Source: Rhodothermia bacterium (lineage in GTDB: Bacteria > Bacteroidota > Rhodothermia > Rhodothermales > JAAAOL01). From it: 64,000 bases of DNA. Position 1 is the first letter of the stretch. Every line of letters begins with the position of its first letter. The notes beneath the pieces were generated by a model. It made no database searches. It was given only the letters and a program-made list of their open reading frames with translations, and had not been told where the DNA came from. Positions 37,514 to 48,332 of this stretch are shown here, piece after piece. Position numbers and translations under genes: made by a program. Location: contig JAUIDY010000018.1 of the NCBI GenBank assembly GCA_030428385.1, positions 474 to 64,473 on the forward strand, given 5' to 3'.

Positions 37514-38380
37514 TCAGGCGATTTTATACCGCCGGTCGTCGTTTGCGTCGAGTGAACACCATACGTGGTCAAAGGCCGTTTCTTCCGTAACCTGGTCAAA
37601 CGTGGTGAGCCAGAAGAAACGGTAGAGCGGAGGGGCACTGGTGCCCAGCATGGAGCGGATATTCTCAACCCGCCGCGGCGACGTGGTCACGATCAACAGA
37701 CGAAACCGGGAAAAGGGAGCGCAATGAAAGTCCTCGGCGTACCCTTTGTATTTGCCTTCACGGGCGTACCCTTCATAGAAGCGTATCATTTTCCGGATGC
37801 CTTTTTCGGGGTTGCTGATGGTCTCCGTACCCCGGTCGATCTCCAGGAAATAAAGGGCCTGCTTGCTTTCTTTTCCGAGGGCAAACACCGCGTCGGGCGT
37901 GTGGGATATTTTCTCCTTCGGGTCGGTGATGCTGAAGGCCACGTCCTTGATGTACTTGGTTACGCGCCCCGATAGATGCTTGGCCCCGTAGTGTTCAGGA
38001 ATGAAACCAAGGAGAGTAACCGGTGACCGCTCTGTAGCCTTTGTGAGGGTGATGCGAAAGTCGCTGATGGCACAAAAGTGCTTCATGAAATAATAGTCCT
38101 TCGGAGGCTTGGTGCCTGCACTCCAAAGGAGGTCATCCGGGGAGACGTTCAAGAGTTCAGCTACAAGGTTTGCGCCCCGTGTAGTAAGCATGTACGTCCG
38201 CTCGTTGAGGTTCGGGACGGTGAAGTGTCGAAGGAGCTTGTGGGTCGCAAGGGTAGACAAGCGGCGCTGCGCCGTACGCGCGGAGGGGAAGTGAAGGCGC
38301 ATGACCTGGGACGTCGTCAGGTAGCGGTACCTGTAGACAGAGAGGAGGACGTCGGTGTCTCGTTCGGTGATCGGGTACAT
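37514..38380 (-). CDS. Replication-relaxation family protein 2
   Basis: ITERD..VL..VYRYRYLT, HFCAISDF, PDAVF...FLEIDRGTE. Confidence 0.88.
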   Translation of the reverse strand: MYPITERDTDVLLSVYRYRYLTTSQVMRLHFPSARTAQRRLSTLATHKLLRHFTVPNLNERTYMLTTRGANLVAELLNVSPDDLLWSAGTKPPKDYYFMKHFCAISDFRITLTKATERSPVTLLGFIPEHYGAKHLSGRVTKYIKDVAFSITDPKEKISHTPDAVFALGKESKQALYFLEIDRGTETISNPEKGIRKMIRFYEGYAREGKYKGYAEDFHCAPFSRFRLLIVTTSPRRVENIRSMLGTSAPPLYRFFWLTTFDQVTEETAFDHVWCSLDANDDRRYKIA

Positions 38381-38395
38381 ACCGCCTCGCTTTTG

Positions 38396-40021
38396 TTAGA
38401 ACTCATCAGGATCAGACCAATCAAACGGGGCAGGGGAGCCGTCCGGTGAACCTTCCTCCGGTGTGGTAGGGGCACGTCGGGTGCCTTGGGCCGGGGTTCC
38501 GTAGTTGGTGCGTGAGCGCTCGACGGCGTCTTCCTTGATAGCCCAATTGGGCGAACGCGTAACGAGCTGCGTTCGCATGGGAAGGGTGGTGGTGCCAATC
38601 TTGGCGTAGGTCGATCCCACCCTGAGCGCAACCAGCGCGTCGGGATCGACTTTCTCCACCTCCAGGCCTGACGTAGAAATGAGTTCAGGGGAAAGGCGCT
38701 TGGCATCTTCGCGGGACACGACAAAACTGATCATGGTGGAGACGTTGCCGAAAATCTCCTTGAGCAGCCCCGGCGGGATCTGCCCGGTTTGTTGGTGGGC
38801 CAAGGTGAGGGAGAGGCGGTATTTGCGAGCGCGGGAAAGGAGCTTTTCGTAGGACGTGCTCGCGGTTGAGGTGAATGCCTGAAACTCATCGATGTAGAGA
38901 TAAAAGCGTCGGCGTTTTTTCTTCGCCATGTTGGCGCGGCCCATGACGGCAAGCTGAAACTTCGAGACAATAAGCTGGCCTAGAAGCTGGCTGGTCTGCT
39001 CGCCTAAGATGCCATCGGAGAGGTTGAAGAATGCAATTTTCCCCTCATCCATAATGCGCCGAAAGCTGAGGCTCGACTGGGGTTGGCAAAGCACGTTTTT
39101 GACGTACCGAGGCCTCGTGAACCGAGAGAGCCGGTAGACGATGGGATGGTGCGCGTTCTTCGGAAACTGCACATATACGTCGCGCCAGAAGTGCAGGGTG
39201 TCGTGGTCATCTAGCTGCGACAGGATTTGGTTTCTAAAGTGGGTGTTTTCGCGGTCGAGCAGGCGCGGGATGTCGAGCAGGGTGGTGCCGGGGAGGGGGA
39301 GGAGGGCGTAGAAGGATTGCCGTAGAATCTCATTGGTGCGCGGGGTGGATTCACTTCCCATGAGCCGGTTGAAAATGGTCATGTTTTCGTCGGCCCGGAG
39401 GTCGAGGTCTTCGCCTTCGTCAAGGTGTAAGGGGTTGAGCGATACAGGGAAGTGGGTGTCTGCCGGGTTGAAGTAGATGACATCATCTAGGCGGTGCGCA
39501 GGGACATAGGGCAGGAGTTCTTCGGTGATCATTTCTTGTTCAGGAGCGATCACCCCGACGCCGTTACCCGCCTCCATATCCTGTATGATCATCTGCCGAA
39601 GGAGGGTGGTTTTGCCAGAGCCAGACTTGCCCACGATGTAGACGTGCCGGTCGCGGAAATCTTGCTTGAGCTTCACCGGCACATCGCTGTCTCTCCAGGT
39701 GCCAAGCTGGAGGGCTTCATAGTCCATCATCTCCATCGCGATCATGCCGAAGAGGTCGTCAGCTTCCACCTTTTCGTCTTTAACGAGGGCTTCTATGACG
39801 CCGCTTGAGATGACCTCGCGAACGATAAAGCCGAAGTTGGACAGGTAGAACTCAACAACCTCCGCACACGCTGCCAGGCGCTCCTGTTCGGCGCGCTCGA
39901 GGTGATCTTCTTGGAAGCGTTCGCGTTGTTTTTTAGCTTCGCGATCCCTGTTCCACAAGCTAATAAAGAGGACAAGGCCAGCAAGTACAACAGCGCCAAT
40001 ACATAGCTCTTCCAAGTCCAT
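38396..40021 (-). CDS. VirD4/TraD-like ATPase 2 with N-terminal TM anchor
   Basis: TM helix, RHVYIVGKSGSGKT, LYIDEFQ, ARKYRLSLTLAHQ, IFGNV. Confidence 0.88.
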   Translation of the reverse strand: MDLEELCIGAVVLAGLVLFISLWNRDREAKKQRERFQEDHLERAEQERLAACAEVVEFYLSNFGFIVREVISSGVIEALVKDEKVEADDLFGMIAMEMMDYEALQLGTWRDSDVPVKLKQDFRDRHVYIVGKSGSGKTTLLRQMIIQDMEAGNGVGVIAPEQEMITEELLPYVPAHRLDDVIYFNPADTHFPVSLNPLHLDEGEDLDLRADENMTIFNRLMGSESTPRTNEILRQSFYALLPLPGTTLLDIPRLLDRENTHFRNQILSQLDDHDTLHFWRDVYVQFPKNAHHPIVYRLSRFTRPRYVKNVLCQPQSSLSFRRIMDEGKIAFFNLSDGILGEQTSQLLGQLIVSKFQLAVMGRANMAKKKRRRFYLYIDEFQAFTSTASTSYEKLLSRARKYRLSLTLAHQQTGQIPPGLLKEIFGNVSTMISFVVSREDAKRLSPELISTSGLEVEKVDPDALVALRVGSTYAKIGTTTLPMRTQLVTRSPNWAIKEDAVERSRTNYGTPAQGTRRAPTTPEEGSPDGSPAPFDWSDPDEF

Positions 40022-40160
40022 AACGGTATACGGTTTAGGTATACAGAGGGTATACGCTCGCGATGTATATAGAACGTGTTAATAACATCTATAAATATAA
40101 AGGCATAGAACGAGGGGTAATTGCCCGACTACATACCATTAAAGGTATGTACGCTACGCG

Positions 40161-40259
40161 AATCAAACAACAAACTCCTTTTTCAATCCTTTCTCCTTTC
40201 TCAACGTAGAGGCTTTTTTCAATATATGAATTGGTCAATGCAAGAGTTGTTGTTTGATT
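40161..40259. repeat. AT-rich 99-bp segment with terminal inverted repeats
   Basis: AATCAAACAACAA at 40161 and TTGTTGTTTGATT ending at 40259. Confidence 0.5.
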
Positions 40260-40366
40260 TACCCTAAGGAATTAGGGCTCATGGTGACCGTGTAGTTTTT
40301 TATATCTGTACTATTGGTTTTGCGGCCGCCCAAAATATTCTGACATAAGCTATCACAGAAATAGTG

Positions 40367-42520
40367 CTACTGCGGCGTTGCCGTGGGCGGTCGTCGAAGG
40401 AGCCGAAGACCATTAAAAGTGACAAGCAGACTCGCGCCCATATCTGCAAATACTGCCATCCAAAGTGTCGCAATTCCGCCAAGCGCCAGGGCAAAGAATA
40501 CGACTTTGATTCCAATGGCGAAGGCGATGTTTTGCCACAGCACCCGCGCGGTTTGACGCGAAAGCCGGAGGAAGGCAGGCAGCTTTCTTAGATCATCTTC
40601 CATGAGTGCGATGTCTGCCGTCTCGATGGCTGTATCGGTTCCAGCGGCTCCCATCGCAAAACCAATATCTGCCTTTGCGAGGGCGGGTGCATCGTTGATG
40701 CCATCGCCTACCATGCCCACGGTGCCGTAACGATCGCGAAGCTTTTCAATGGCGTCCAACTTGTCTTCCGGCAGCAGATCTCCCCGCGCATCATCAATAC
40801 CTGCGGCGCGGGCGATGGCCTGCGCCGTCGTTTGGTTATCGCCCGTGAGCATCACGGTTTTTAATCCCATTTCGTGGAGTCCTTGCAGGGCTTCGGTACT
40901 GGTATCTCGAAGCTTATCCGCGATACCAAAGACTGCTACCGCGCGTTCGGTATCGAAAAGAACAATGGCTGTTTTTCCATCCTCTTCCAGTCGGCGAAGA
41001 ACGTCTTCGAGAGCTGGTGTGCATACCCCGCTTATATGTGCATAGCGATGATTACCAAGATGAAACTCGTTGCCGTCAAGAGTGGCTGAGACACCATGTC
41101 CGGTGACGGATTCAAAGGCGGTAACCGGGGGCAGGGGGCCGGTCGGTTCTTGTTCGTTGTACGCTTCGAGAATGGCTCTTGCTATGGGGTGTTCACTTGG
41201 TGCCTCCAAACGAGCGGCCAGTTGTAAAACGGCCAGTTTTGTCACGCGATCCACAAGGGGAATAATGTCCGTCACGAAGGGACGCCCCTCTGTCAGGGTG
41301 CCGGTTTTGTCAAGCGCAAGAACACGCAGTTTATATCCACTTTCAAGATACGCGCCCCCTTTGATGAGCATGCCGCGACGAGCGGCAGCCGCTAATCCAC
41401 TCACGATCGTCACGGGTGTAGAAATCACTAATGCGCACGGGCAGGCAATAACCAGTAAAACAAGGGCGCGGTAAAACCAGGTCGTAAACGGGCCACCCAA
41501 AAACAATGGGGGGAGTGTTGCAATCAACACGGCGGCTATGACAACGGCAGGCGTATAGAACTGTGCAAACTGATCGACAAACCGCTGGGTAGTACCACGT
41601 TCCGCCTGGGCGTCCTGCACGGCCCGGATAATCCGTGAAAGGGTGGTGTCTTGCTTTTGGTGAGTAACCTCAATTTCAAGCGAACCGCGTTCATTGATTG
41701 TCCCGGCGAAAACGTCTTTGCCTGAAGACTTTTCTACCGGCATCGATTCACCGGTGATGGGAGCCTGGTTAACCGTGGAGGTACCGGCTACGACCGTGCC
41801 ATCCAGGGGAATACGTTCGCCGGGGCGAATGCGAAGTCGCTGTCCCACCTTTACAGCGGCAGTGCGGATTTCTTGCCACATCCCGTCTGCTTGCTGCACC
41901 AATGCTGTGTCGGGGGACAATTCCATCAGGCTGCGGATGGCCCCTCTGGAACGATCGAGGGCGTAGACTTCGATTTTCTCTGCCAGTGCAAAAAGTACCG
42001 TTACCATCGCGGCTTCGGGCCATTCTTGAATCAAGAGCGCCCCTGTGACGGCAATGGTCATCAAGAAGTTGATCCCCAGCGAAAAGGCCCGCACGGCCCG
42101 CCAGCCTTTTACGAGCATTTCACGCCCACCAAGTGCAATGGCAATGAGCGCCAATGCCGCCACCATGAGGTTGTCTTCGGCTGTTAAAAGGGCCAGTATT
42201 TCCGCGAAGAGAGCAAGCAGGAGTGCGAGTCCCAGTTGCATCCATTCGCTTCGGGAAACGACCGGTTTGCGCTTCCAAGCTTTGGTCGATTCTGATGCCA
42301 CGTCAGCCGTAGCATGAGGCACGGCCTCGGCCTCCATGCCGATGCTTGCCAGCGCCGTGATCAGCGTCTGGGTGCTAGATAGTTGGTGCGAAATGGTGAG
42401 GTTTCGGCGTACCAGGTCAAACGATAGATGGTCGATGCCCTCCATGCCTTTCAAGCGGCTACGAATGAGTTGCTCCTCGGTGGGGCAATCCATCTTTTCT
42501 ATGTGATAGGTTGTCTTCAT
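40367..42520 (-). CDS. cadA: Cd/Zn/Pb-translocating P1B ATPase
   Basis: MDCPTEE domain, TGES, CPC, DKTGT, HP, GDGIND, AVFADMG. Confidence 0.93.
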   Translation of the reverse strand: MKTTYHIEKMDCPTEEQLIRSRLKGMEGIDHLSFDLVRRNLTISHQLSSTQTLITALASIGMEAEAVPHATADVASESTKAWKRKPVVSRSEWMQLGLALLLALFAEILALLTAEDNLMVAALALIAIALGGREMLVKGWRAVRAFSLGINFLMTIAVTGALLIQEWPEAAMVTVLFALAEKIEVYALDRSRGAIRSLMELSPDTALVQQADGMWQEIRTAAVKVGQRLRIRPGERIPLDGTVVAGTSTVNQAPITGESMPVEKSSGKDVFAGTINERGSLEIEVTHQKQDTTLSRIIRAVQDAQAERGTTQRFVDQFAQFYTPAVVIAAVLIATLPPLFLGGPFTTWFYRALVLLVIACPCALVISTPVTIVSGLAAAARRGMLIKGGAYLESGYKLRVLALDKTGTLTEGRPFVTDIIPLVDRVTKLAVLQLAARLEAPSEHPIARAILEAYNEQEPTGPLPPVTAFESVTGHGVSATLDGNEFHLGNHRYAHISGVCTPALEDVLRRLEEDGKTAIVLFDTERAVAVFGIADKLRDTSTEALQGLHEMGLKTVMLTGDNQTTAQAIARAAGIDDARGDLLPEDKLDAIEKLRDRYGTVGMVGDGINDAPALAKADIGFAMGAAGTDTAIETADIALMEDDLRKLPAFLRLSRQTARVLWQNIAFAIGIKVVFFALALGGIATLWMAVFADMGASLLVTFNGLRLLRRPPTATPQ

Positions 42521-42589
42521 ATTCTGTAAGCGGTGTTTAAACGGCGGCTATTCTGTTGTACATGCTCCTCTCCGTGATGCCCGTAATGG

Positions 42590-45500
42590 TCAACCGGTTT
42601 CTCCTGTTTCGAGCGTGGAGGGTGCTAGTCCTTCAGGTGGTAGGGTCACCTCGGCTGCTGGCAATGGGGCAAACCACTTATACAGGGCTGGCAGTACCAA
42701 TAGGGTGAGAATGGTTGAGGTGACAAGCCCTCCCACCACCACGGTTGCCAGCGGTCGTTGAACTTCTGAACCCGTGCTTGTCGAAAACAGAAGCGGAATC
42801 AATCCCAGTGCGGTGGTTATCGCTGTCATCAGCACAGGACGCAAACGTAGCAGGGCCCCTTGCACGGAAGCCTTGTCTAAAGGCACTCCGTCGCGGATGA
42901 GTTGGTTGAGGTAGGTTACCAGCACCATTCCATTCTCTAGGGCAATGCCAAACAGGGCGATGAAACCCACAGAGGCAGGCACGGACAGGTTTTGACCGGT
43001 AATAATCAAAGCCACGATGCCGCCCACAAGTGCAAGCGGGATGTTGAGCACAATCAGGGTTGCGTTCTTGAAGGAACTAAAGCTGCTGTAGAGCAAGAGA
43101 AAAATAATGAGCAGGGTGAAGGGCACGACGAGGAGCAGTCTTCGGTTCGCCTCTTGTTGCAAGCGAAACTGTCCGCCCCACGTTGTGAAGTAACCGGCAG
43201 GAAGGGTTACCTCTTGCGCGATGACCTGCTGGGCCTCTTCGACAAAGGAGCCGATATCTCGATCCTCTACATTGAGTTGGATCGTAATAAAGCGTTGGTT
43301 GTTCTCGCGTGTGATCTGACGCGGCCCTATGATCTCGTTCACCTGAGCCAGGTCGGAGAGAGGGACAAGCGCTCCTCCTGGTGTAGGGATAAGGATGCTT
43401 TTGATGGCCGTAGGCGATGACCGGGCGTGGGGAGCGAAGCGTGCATAAATATCAAAACGGCGTATCCCTTCGAAGATCTGACCGGCTGTAACCCCACCAA
43501 TGGCAGACTGAATGGTTCGCTGTACATCCGCCACGTTTACGCCATAGCGGGCAATCGCTGTCCGGTCGACCTGGATGTATAGTTGCGGGGTGCCCGTGAT
43601 CTGGTCTGCCTGCACATCGGCGGCACCCCGTACCCGCTGAACAACAGCCGCTATTTCATCTGCTTTGAGCTTGAGTTGCTCCAGGTCGTCACCAAAGAGC
43701 TTGATGGCTAGTTCGGCGCGTACGCCTTCGAGCAATTCGTCAACGGTCATTTGGATGGGCTGTGTAAAGTTGGTCAATACACCGGGGATTTCACCTACCT
43801 CATCACGAATAGCCTCTTGAAGATCGGCTTGACTATGGAAGCGCCACGTTTCTTCTGGAGCCAAGATCAGGTACATTTCTGCACTGTTGATGGGGTCGGT
43901 GTGTGCCCCTACCTCGCCCCGTCCGATCCGGCTTACAACACTTACTACCTCCGGAATACGCATCAATCGGCGCTCCACCCGCAGGGTGGTTTCCGTACTC
44001 TCACGCAATGAGATCGAGGGAGCCATTGTCAAACGGAGTACCAACGTGCCCTCTTGCAACGTCGGCGTGAACTCTGATCCAAGGAAAGGGAACAGGGCTG
44101 CCCCCATGAGAAGGAGTGCCCCGGCAAGCCCTAAGGCCCAACGGCGCTTACGAACAAAAAACGAGACCAGGGGCCGATAGGCATCGACCAGGAAGGAAAG
44201 AACACGGTTCGCCAGGTTGGGCTTCTCGGGATCGTTCTCGTTATCCCGCCGCGGTCGCCTCATGAGAAGGTCGGACAAAACCGGCGCGAAGAAGAGGGCG
44301 AAGAAAAGTGAGCCCAGCATCGCGAGCGCCACGGTATAGGCCAAGGGGCGAAAGGTTTTTCCTTCTACCCCTTGTAGGGTAAAAAGGGGCAGGAATACGA
44401 CAACGATGATCGTGATAGCGAAAACAACAGGGCGAGCTACCTCGCTGCAAGCACGGGCTACGACGTGTGCGCGGGACTCGTCAGGCGTTGCTTCACGAAG
44501 CATACGGTCTACATTTTCCACCATCACAATGGTGCCATCGACCATCATACCGATGGCAATAGCAAGACCGCCGAGCGACATCAGGTTGGCCGAAATACCA
44601 AACTGATTCATCCAAAGGGTCGCAAACAACACAGAGAACGGAATGGCCAAGGCGACAACCACGCTTGGCCGAATACTGCCGAGGAAGGCAAAAAGCACGA
44701 GAATGACGAGCACAATGCCTTGCCACAGGGCGTTCGTTACGGTAGAGACAGCCCCTTCTACCAGCGATTTTTGCTCATAGTAGGGGACAATCGCGACCCC
44801 GTCGGGCAGGATGTTATTGATCTCCTGAACCTTCTCTTCAACACGACTTATTACGGTGGAGGCATTGGTGCCATAGAGTTTCACCACCATGCCAGAGACC
44901 ACTTCTCCTGTTCCGTTGCGGGTTTGGACACCCCGACGAATGGCACCTCCGACTTCAACCTGAGCCAGATCGCGCAGGTAGATAGGCGTGCCGTCGAACG
45001 TTTTAATGACCATGTTTTCCAGGTCTTCAATGCCTGTGGCAAGCCCCACCGAGCGAACCGTGTACTCTTCCTGGTTACGCTCGATGAACTGTGCCCCCAC
45101 GTTGAGATTGTTTGCCTCAATCGTTTCAAGCAGTTCGCTCATAGTGACGCCATATTGCAACAGGGCCTCTGGTTCGACGACAACATGAAACTGCTTTTCA
45201 TGGCCACCAATACCTAAAACCTCTGTGACACCGGGAACGGTTTGAAGGTTAAACTTGACGATCCAGTCCTGCATCGTCCGCAGCTCTTCCAGGGAGTATT
45301 GCCCGGTTGTATCGTCGAGGTAGTAAAAAAGCACCAGCCCCATGCCGGTCGAAATCGGGCCCATTTCGGGTTCGCCGAAGCCTTCAGGAATCTGGTCTCG
45401 TGCTTCCTGTAGCCGTTCCCCTAATACCTGGCGGGCAAAGTAAATGTCGGTACCGTCCTCGAAATAAACGTTTACAACGGAAAGGCCGAAGTTAGATACG

Positions 45501-45748
45501 CTACGGATCTGTTTGAGCCGGGGAAGCCCATTCATGGCCGTTTCGATGGGGTACGTGACATATTGTTCGATTTCCTCAGGTGCTAGGCCCTCCGTGACGG
45601 TGAACACCTGTACAAGCGAGGGCGAAACATCAGGAAACGCATCGACGGGGAGCCGCTGGTAACTGAGCCAGCCCGCCCCCATCACGAGCACGCCCAGCAC
45701 AAGTATGAAGAGGCGGCTATTGAGTGAAAAACTGAAGAGACTATGCAT
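42590..45748 (-). CDS. czcA: CzcA-family divalent-metal RND permease
   Basis: DAFPDVS, GMMVDG, EGKTFRPLA, GSEVQRPLATVVVGG. Confidence 0.94.
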   Translation of the reverse strand: MHSLFSFSLNSRLFILVLGVLVMGAGWLSYQRLPVDAFPDVSPSLVQVFTVTEGLAPEEIEQYVTYPIETAMNGLPRLKQIRSVSNFGLSVVNVYFEDGTDIYFARQVLGERLQEARDQIPEGFGEPEMGPISTGMGLVLFYYLDDTTGQYSLEELRTMQDWIVKFNLQTVPGVTEVLGIGGHEKQFHVVVEPEALLQYGVTMSELLETIEANNLNVGAQFIERNQEEYTVRSVGLATGIEDLENMVIKTFDGTPIYLRDLAQVEVGGAIRRGVQTRNGTGEVVSGMVVKLYGTNASTVISRVEEKVQEINNILPDGVAIVPYYEQKSLVEGAVSTVTNALWQGIVLVILVLFAFLGSIRPSVVVALAIPFSVLFATLWMNQFGISANLMSLGGLAIAIGMMVDGTIVMVENVDRMLREATPDESRAHVVARACSEVARPVVFAITIIVVVFLPLFTLQGVEGKTFRPLAYTVALAMLGSLFFALFFAPVLSDLLMRRPRRDNENDPEKPNLANRVLSFLVDAYRPLVSFFVRKRRWALGLAGALLLMGAALFPFLGSEFTPTLQEGTLVLRLTMAPSISLRESTETTLRVERRLMRIPEVVSVVSRIGRGEVGAHTDPINSAEMYLILAPEETWRFHSQADLQEAIRDEVGEIPGVLTNFTQPIQMTVDELLEGVRAELAIKLFGDDLEQLKLKADEIAAVVQRVRGAADVQADQITGTPQLYIQVDRTAIARYGVNVADVQRTIQSAIGGVTAGQIFEGIRRFDIYARFAPHARSSPTAIKSILIPTPGGALVPLSDLAQVNEIIGPRQITRENNQRFITIQLNVEDRDIGSFVEEAQQVIAQEVTLPAGYFTTWGGQFRLQQEANRRLLLVVPFTLLIIFLLLYSSFSSFKNATLIVLNIPLALVGGIVALIITGQNLSVPASVGFIALFGIALENGMVLVTYLNQLIRDGVPLDKASVQGALLRLRPVLMTAITTALGLIPLLFSTSTGSEVQRPLATVVVGGLVTSTILTLLVLPALYKWFAPLPAAEVTLPPEGLAPSTLETGETG

Positions 45749-45765
45749 CGTTGTGGACTCCTGGT

Positions 45766-46956
45766 TTAGTGTGCGTGGCCTTCGCCGTGTTCGCTTTTTT
45801 CGAGTTCAGCCTTCAAGGCAAAGCCACCACGCGCCACATAACGCGCACCCGGTTCTAGCCCGTCTGTGATTTCAGCGAGCTGGTCATTCGCTCTCCCCAC
45901 GGTGACGGCTTGGGGGGAGAATCCCTCCGCCCCCTGCACAAAAACCACGGTCTGGTCATCCATCGTAATCAGTGCCGATGTGGGAACCGCAAGGGGTACT
46001 TCAATGGCGTCTACAGCAATGGAGCCACTTATGAACAAGCCGGGCTTCCATCGTCCTTCTTCATTGTCGAGGATGATGCGGGCAGTGGCTGTTCGGGTAT
46101 CTTCGCCTACAATCGGGCGAACATATGCAATGGTACCGGTGGTGCGAAGCTGTCCTCCGGTTGTGACAAGGGCGACGCGTTGCCCTTCGCGGACGAGATC
46201 CAAATCTTTTTGGAAGACATTCAAATCAGCCCACACAATCCTCAAATCGGCAATCGCAAAAGCTTCCGCATCAGCAGGCAGGGCCTCGCCCAGGCTAATG
46301 TGTTTCTCGATAACGACACCGGCGAAGGGTGACCGGAGTTCATAATGCACAAGGGCGTGTTCTGGTTGTTCGGGGAGGGATTCGATGTAGCCTTCAGAAA
46401 ACCCGAGGGCGAGTAACTTCTGACGGGACGAACGGAGGGCAATACGTCTTTCTGCGAGTGCCTGGCGTGCTTCGAGGTACTCCTGTTCTGATGAGATTTT
46501 CTTTTCAAACAGGCTTTCTTCGCGTCGAAAGGTCGCTTCCGCCAGATCCACCCGTTCCAGGTTAGCCAGGTACTCAGACTTCGTGTCTGCAAGATCACGG
46601 CTGTCAATGACAGCCAGCACCTCTCCTGCCCGTACGGCATCGCCCACCGACTTGGAAGCCGTGTGCACTACCCCCGATACACGGGGGACGATGTGGGCAA
46701 AGCGGTCTTGGTTTACCCTGATTTCGCCTGGAAGTGTTACCGTGACACCCAACGTGCCAGGGGCGGCTGTTTCAAGCGAGATGTCAAATTCATCAAGTTC
46801 CTCAGGGGTTAAAGAGACAAGCAGTTCGTCATCATGCTCGTCTTCATGTTGATGCTGTTGTTCGGCCGGAATCTCCTTGCTGCCACAAGCGGGCAGGATC
46901 AGTGCGACCACGGCGAGCAAAGCCAGAAAGGGAAGGACGGATCTAGGGGTATTCAT
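45766..46956 (-). CDS. czcB: CzcB-family periplasmic adaptor (lipoprotein)
   Basis: Lipobox LPAC, His/Glu-rich N- and C-termini, WKPGLFI. Confidence 0.92.
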   Translation of the reverse strand: MNTPRSVLPFLALLAVVALILPACGSKEIPAEQQHQHEDEHDDELLVSLTPEELDEFDISLETAAPGTLGVTVTLPGEIRVNQDRFAHIVPRVSGVVHTASKSVGDAVRAGEVLAVIDSRDLADTKSEYLANLERVDLAEATFRREESLFEKKISSEQEYLEARQALAERRIALRSSRQKLLALGFSEGYIESLPEQPEHALVHYELRSPFAGVVIEKHISLGEALPADAEAFAIADLRIVWADLNVFQKDLDLVREGQRVALVTTGGQLRTTGTIAYVRPIVGEDTRTATARIILDNEEGRWKPGLFISGSIAVDAIEVPLAVPTSALITMDDQTVVFVQGAEGFSPQAVTVGRANDQLAEITDGLEPGARYVARGGFALKAELEKSEHGEGHAH

Positions 46957-46968
46957 GGTGGTATCGGG

Positions 46969-48327
46969 TTAAATATCTGAAAGCGGTGTGCCAATGAGTC
47001 GTTCGACGTCGGCCAGGGCCAGGTGGTAGGCGGCGAGGGCGTGCACGTATTGATTCGTTACCTCAAAGAGGGTGCGCCGGGCGTCAAGTACAGTGAGCAG
47101 GTCGAACTTTCCCTCCCGGTACCCCTCTTCTGTTGCCTCGTAGTTTTCTTGTGCGGCGGCCAGAATGTTTTCTTGAATCGCCGTCGCTTCTTCATAGGCT
47201 GTCGTGAGTCGCCCGTACGCCCCGGCAAGCATCTCTTGTGCCTGAAGAAAGAGTGCTTGTTGTGCCGCTTCTCCTTGCCGGAGGCGATATTTCGCCTCAC
47301 GGATGGCTCCTTGATTCCGATCAAAAAGGGGGAGAGGGAGCGTGATGCTGGCCAAAAAAGCCGACGTGTCCAGTTCACGGAGGTGACGCGTGCCGAAAGA
47401 AACCGTGGGGTTGGGAATCCCTTGGGCTTGGGCTACCGATAGCTGGGCTTGCCGCAGTACCATCTCGTCGCGCCACCGTGCCACGTCAGGATTGCGTGCT
47501 ATGAAGGATGTGAGTTCCGAATAGGGAGGTACTGCCTCTATGGCCCTCAAATTACCTTCGACCTGCGTGAACGTGGGCAGGGTAGCCCCCCACATTGCGG
47601 CAAGGCGCGTGCGGTTTAGGGTAAGATCCCTTACTAGATTTGCCCGTCTTAGGGCCGTCGTCGTAAGCTCAATGCGTGCCCGCTGCTCTTCAAGTGCAGA
47701 GACTTTGCCTGCCTCTACTCTAGCTTCAACGCTTTGATAAAACCGCTCGGCCTCGGCGAGTAAGCTGTCAGCAAGGATCAGTCGCTGCTGGGAAGCCAGT
47801 ACATCAATGAAGGCTTGTCGGGTTGCGGTAAACACATCAAGCCGGACGGCCTCATAGTCCCACCGTGCTAAGTCCTGCTGGGCAACAGTCGCCCGTCGCC
47901 GTCGGTGCCGGTCGCCACCAAGTTCGATAAGCTGGCTGAAGGAAAGGGTTACCTCGGAGCCATCCTGACCGGCGAAGGGGCCGCCACCACCAAAGTTTTC
48001 CAGTTCGTAGACAATTTCGGGATTGGAGAGCAACCCCGCCTGGAGTGTCCGGGCTTCATGCACCCGAATTTCCCACGCGAAGGTCTGAAGGGTTGGGTTA
48101 TGCAACAGGGCCAATTCAAGGGCATCGGACAAGGCTAGCCGTTGAGGGGGAGTAGGTGTAGATTGCGGGAGGGTGCCCCGGGATGTTGGCGAGACCGGGG
48201 ATTGATAGGCAGGAAAATCTGTGGCCAGTGGGCTAGGTGGACTCCACGCTGCATCCCGAGATGCCGAGCAACCGGAAGCAAACAGGAGGAGCACCAGTCC
48301 CCACGGTAAAAGGAAGATTGACTTCAT
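46969..48327 (-). CDS. czcC: CzcC-family outer-membrane factor (lipoprotein)
   Basis: Lipobox ASGC, LPLFDRNQG, GYREGKFDLLTVLDA. Confidence 0.92.
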   Translation of the reverse strand: MKSIFLLPWGLVLLLFASGCSASRDAAWSPPSPLATDFPAYQSPVSPTSRGTLPQSTPTPPQRLALSDALELALLHNPTLQTFAWEIRVHEARTLQAGLLSNPEIVYELENFGGGGPFAGQDGSEVTLSFSQLIELGGDRHRRRRATVAQQDLARWDYEAVRLDVFTATRQAFIDVLASQQRLILADSLLAEAERFYQSVEARVEAGKVSALEEQRARIELTTTALRRANLVRDLTLNRTRLAAMWGATLPTFTQVEGNLRAIEAVPPYSELTSFIARNPDVARWRDEMVLRQAQLSVAQAQGIPNPTVSFGTRHLRELDTSAFLASITLPLPLFDRNQGAIREAKYRLRQGEAAQQALFLQAQEMLAGAYGRLTTAYEEATAIQENILAAAQENYEATEEGYREGKFDLLTVLDARRTLFEVTNQYVHALAAYHLALADVERLIGTPLSDI

Positions 48328-48332
48328 AGGGG

